A DNA stretch of 64,000 nt from Malacoraja senta (Eukaryota), in assembly GCA_038087875.1 (NCBI GenBank), contig CM075997.1:620001-684000 (forward strand), written 5' to 3'. Below are positions 58,654 through 64,000 of the stretch, piece after piece; within the stretch, counting starts at the first letter, position 1, and each line of letters opens with the position of its first letter. A model generated the notes under the pieces. That model saw only the letters and a program-made list of their open reading frames with translations. It was not told where the DNA came from and made no database searches. The position numbers were made by a program, and so were the translations under genes.

Positions 58654-60414
58654 GTCTGTCTAATCTAGTTCCATTTGCTCATATCCTTCTAAATCTTTCC
58701 TATTCATGTACCTGTCCCAAATGCCTTTTAAACTTTTTAATTGTACAGCTTCCTCTGGTAACTCATTCCATACATCAGCCACCTGCTGTGTGAAAATATT
58801 GCCTCGCGGGTCCCTTTTCAGTCGTTCCCCTCTAACGTTAAATCTATCTTTTTGACAACCCTATTCCAGGAAAAAAGACTGGGATTGTATCTATGCCCTT
58901 CATGATAAAACAGTAGATCAGTACAGTATAGGAACGGCCCACAATTATTTTATACAGTCACCCCTCAACCTCCTGCGCTTCAGGTAAAACAGTTCCAGAC
59001 GATCCAACCTCTCTTAATATCTCAAGCCTCTGGTTCTGGTAATTATGAATCTTTTCTACACCCTTTCCTGCTTAATTTCATCCATCCTGTGGTAGGCTTT
59101 CAGAACTGGACACAGTGTGGTCTCCGACATCTTATACAGTTACAACTTTGATTCGTACAGAAATTGGAGCTTGACTTTAAAATTCCCAGTGATAATTCTG
59201 AAAACATTTTAGTGTTGGAGCATGACTGGGAAAGTTTTTGCAGGAGTCTCTTTAGTTTTCGTTTTTCTTTTTCACAAAGCAGTGTCGAGATACAGCGCGG
59301 AAACAGGCCCTTCGGCCCGCTGAGTCCACACCAACAAACAATTTCCAGCACGCTAGTTCTATCTTACCCCAATTTCACATCCTACACATTCGGGAATTTA
59401 CAGAAGCCAATTAAACCTACAGACCTGGATGTCTTTGGAATGTGGGAGGAAACTAGAACACACGGTGAAAACCCACGTGGTCACAGGAAGAAACTTACAA
59501 ACTCTGTGCGGACAGCATCCGTTGTCAGAATCAAACCCAGGTTCTCTGGTGCTGTGAGGCGGCAACTCTACCGCTGCGCCACCGTCAGCAACTCTACCGC
59601 TGCGCCACCGGCAGCAACCCTACCGCTACGCCACCGTACCGCTCCTCATTATTGAGTTATGATTCCAAGGCACTGGTTGAATGTTGATGTTGATGAGTTT
59701 CCGCGGCCGACCTACCGATAGGTACAACTCAGGACTAATCTGCTGAAGGCAGATTTCCTCGCAGGTACCTTGTGATTAGCAGCAGAAACCCTGACTGACT
59801 CGGCTGCTGGTGAAATCCTCAGCCATGCTTATTAAGTCCCCATTAAGCTGTTCTAACAGTGCTGGCCATTCACTTTGGTTCTCCCCTCAGTTACCACAAG
59901 GTCATCCAAAACGTTGTCCCTCAGTCACACCAAGTCACCTCCACCAATCACATCTGAGTATGTTGATGTACTCTGGCTCCAGGTTAAGCAATATCTCAGT
60001 TTTATATTTCTGATGCTTTATTCAAATTCATCCTAGGATTCGCATGTCCCTACTGTTGTAACCTCATCCAGCTTTGCAAACTATCCTGAAATTTCTCTGT
60101 TCCTTCAATTCTGTTTTTTTTTTTTTTCGAGCTTCTCTTAACTAAATCCCTGTTTTATGGCTGTCCATTTTTGGCCATATGCCTTAAACTTCCTCACGTG
60201 CCGTGTCATTTTTTAGGTTAGGCTTTGTGAATTGTGGGTTGTTTTTGCAATATCAAAGTTGCTGTTATTAAATTATATATTGAAAAATTAAGTAGTGAAA
60301 GACTTTTCATGGCAAAGGGGCTAACAGATTGCAGAACCAATGAGGCTGTGTTAGAGATCAGGAATCATCCAGTGTAAAATGGAGATGAATGTCCTGTATG
60401 TTTGGAGAAGTTGA

Positions 60415-62727
<2,313 letters not shown>

Positions 62728-64000
62728 AAATGAAAGAGAAGAAAAGAAAATCATGTTTTACCATGGGTCTTCTGTATTATTAGTAAAGGCTATCATTTTT
62801 TTTTTTCCTTATTCTTATTCATAGTAGGCTAATTCATCCGAGCGTATAATCTTCATTGTTTCAAAAAGAGGTTTAGGTCTTCTGTGTTTGTATGTCCCAA
62901 ACAAGAGGAATCTTTGTTGAGATGTTAACTAACTTTCAGTGGTGTTTTTTTGTAAAATTCGTTTTTCATACCAGCAAGCAATTAAAAAACAAAGGGAGAA
63001 TTTATACAAAGGTTTTGTAACAAAACCCAATTTACAACTCAGAACACTGAGCAGGGACCACATGGACCTGCTTCTATCAGGCAATCTGTAAGATATTCAT
63101 ACAGATCACTATGCATTTTTTTTGTGTGTGTTTTTTTCACTTATATTTGATAATTCTGCATTCTAGGGGTAGGCCATGATGATTTTTTTTTTCCTATTTC
63201 AATATTGCGTGTCTCAAAATGTTTGATCCTGATCTTTGTAATTGCAAAATTTTTCCCATGAAAAATAATATTAAATAGATAGAGAAAAAACCCCAATTGA
63301 GTTGTGTACCTTAATGTGTGCCTTCATGCCCATGCTTCCTGGTGTCAACCAGCCTGCTGTGTAATTATGTTTACCATTCACAGAACATTGAAAATACAGC
63401 ACACAAACAGGCTCCTCAGCCCAGAATGTGTCATAAACATGATGCCAACATAAACTAATCTCATCCGCCTGCATGCCAAACAATACCCCTACATATCCCA
63501 TAGGCCTATTTAAAAGAATGAAGGCAAACGGGCTTGTGTGGAGTTCGTAAGTGAAAGGAGCACAATTAGGCCATTCGGCCCAACAAGTCTACACCACCAT
63601 TCAATCATGGCTGATCTATCTCGCCCCTGCAACCCCATTCTCCTGCCTTCTCCCCATAACCCCTACACCCATACTAATCAAGAATCTATCTATCTCTGCC
63701 TTAAAAATAATCATTGACGGCCTCCACTGCCGTATGTGGCAATGAATTCCACAGATTCTCCACCCTCTGACAAAATAAATTCCTCCTTCTGAAAGGAATG
63801 ACCGTTTATTCTGAGGCTATGACCTCTGGTCCGAGACTCTCCCACTAGTGGAAACATCCCACAGTCAAGACGGAAAGGAAAGTTACTAGATGGGATTCTG
63901 AGAAATGGGATATGCTTGCATTTGGAAAGGCAAGGACTCCTTAACAATAGTCAGCATGTCTAGGAAATCATGTCTCACAAATATGACATAATTTTGAAGA

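Overview
Intron- and repeat-rich vertebrate DNA, most likely from a cartilaginous fish (skate/ray type, inferred from V-SINE/HE1-like SINEs, CR1-like LINE ends and Penelope-derived palindromes). There are two 200-N gaps. The ORF track mostly reflects repeats, so genes were spliced by hand. In order: NAPA (alpha-SNAP, +, 10 coding exons), KPTN (+, exons 1-7, cut by the gap), SIRT2 (-, only its first three micro-exons), a tentative small membrane-protein gene (-), a divergent SELENOW-like selenoprotein (+, CTSU motif, in-frame TGA, form II SECIS in a separate 3' exon) and an intron-containing H3.3 gene (+, first coding exon missing). The neighbourhood resembles human 19q13. Several exons carry 1-2 nt indels that look like assembly errors. 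Most notable finds: the hidden selenoprotein with its SECIS; a hAT element carrying a captured CYB561D-like coding exon (Pack-TIR); a chimeric retrocopy joining histone H3 mRNA to an RTE-like element inside one TSD pair; and many Penelope-derived fold-back elements with minimal hammerhead cores. All homology calls come from recalled sequences, not from database searches.
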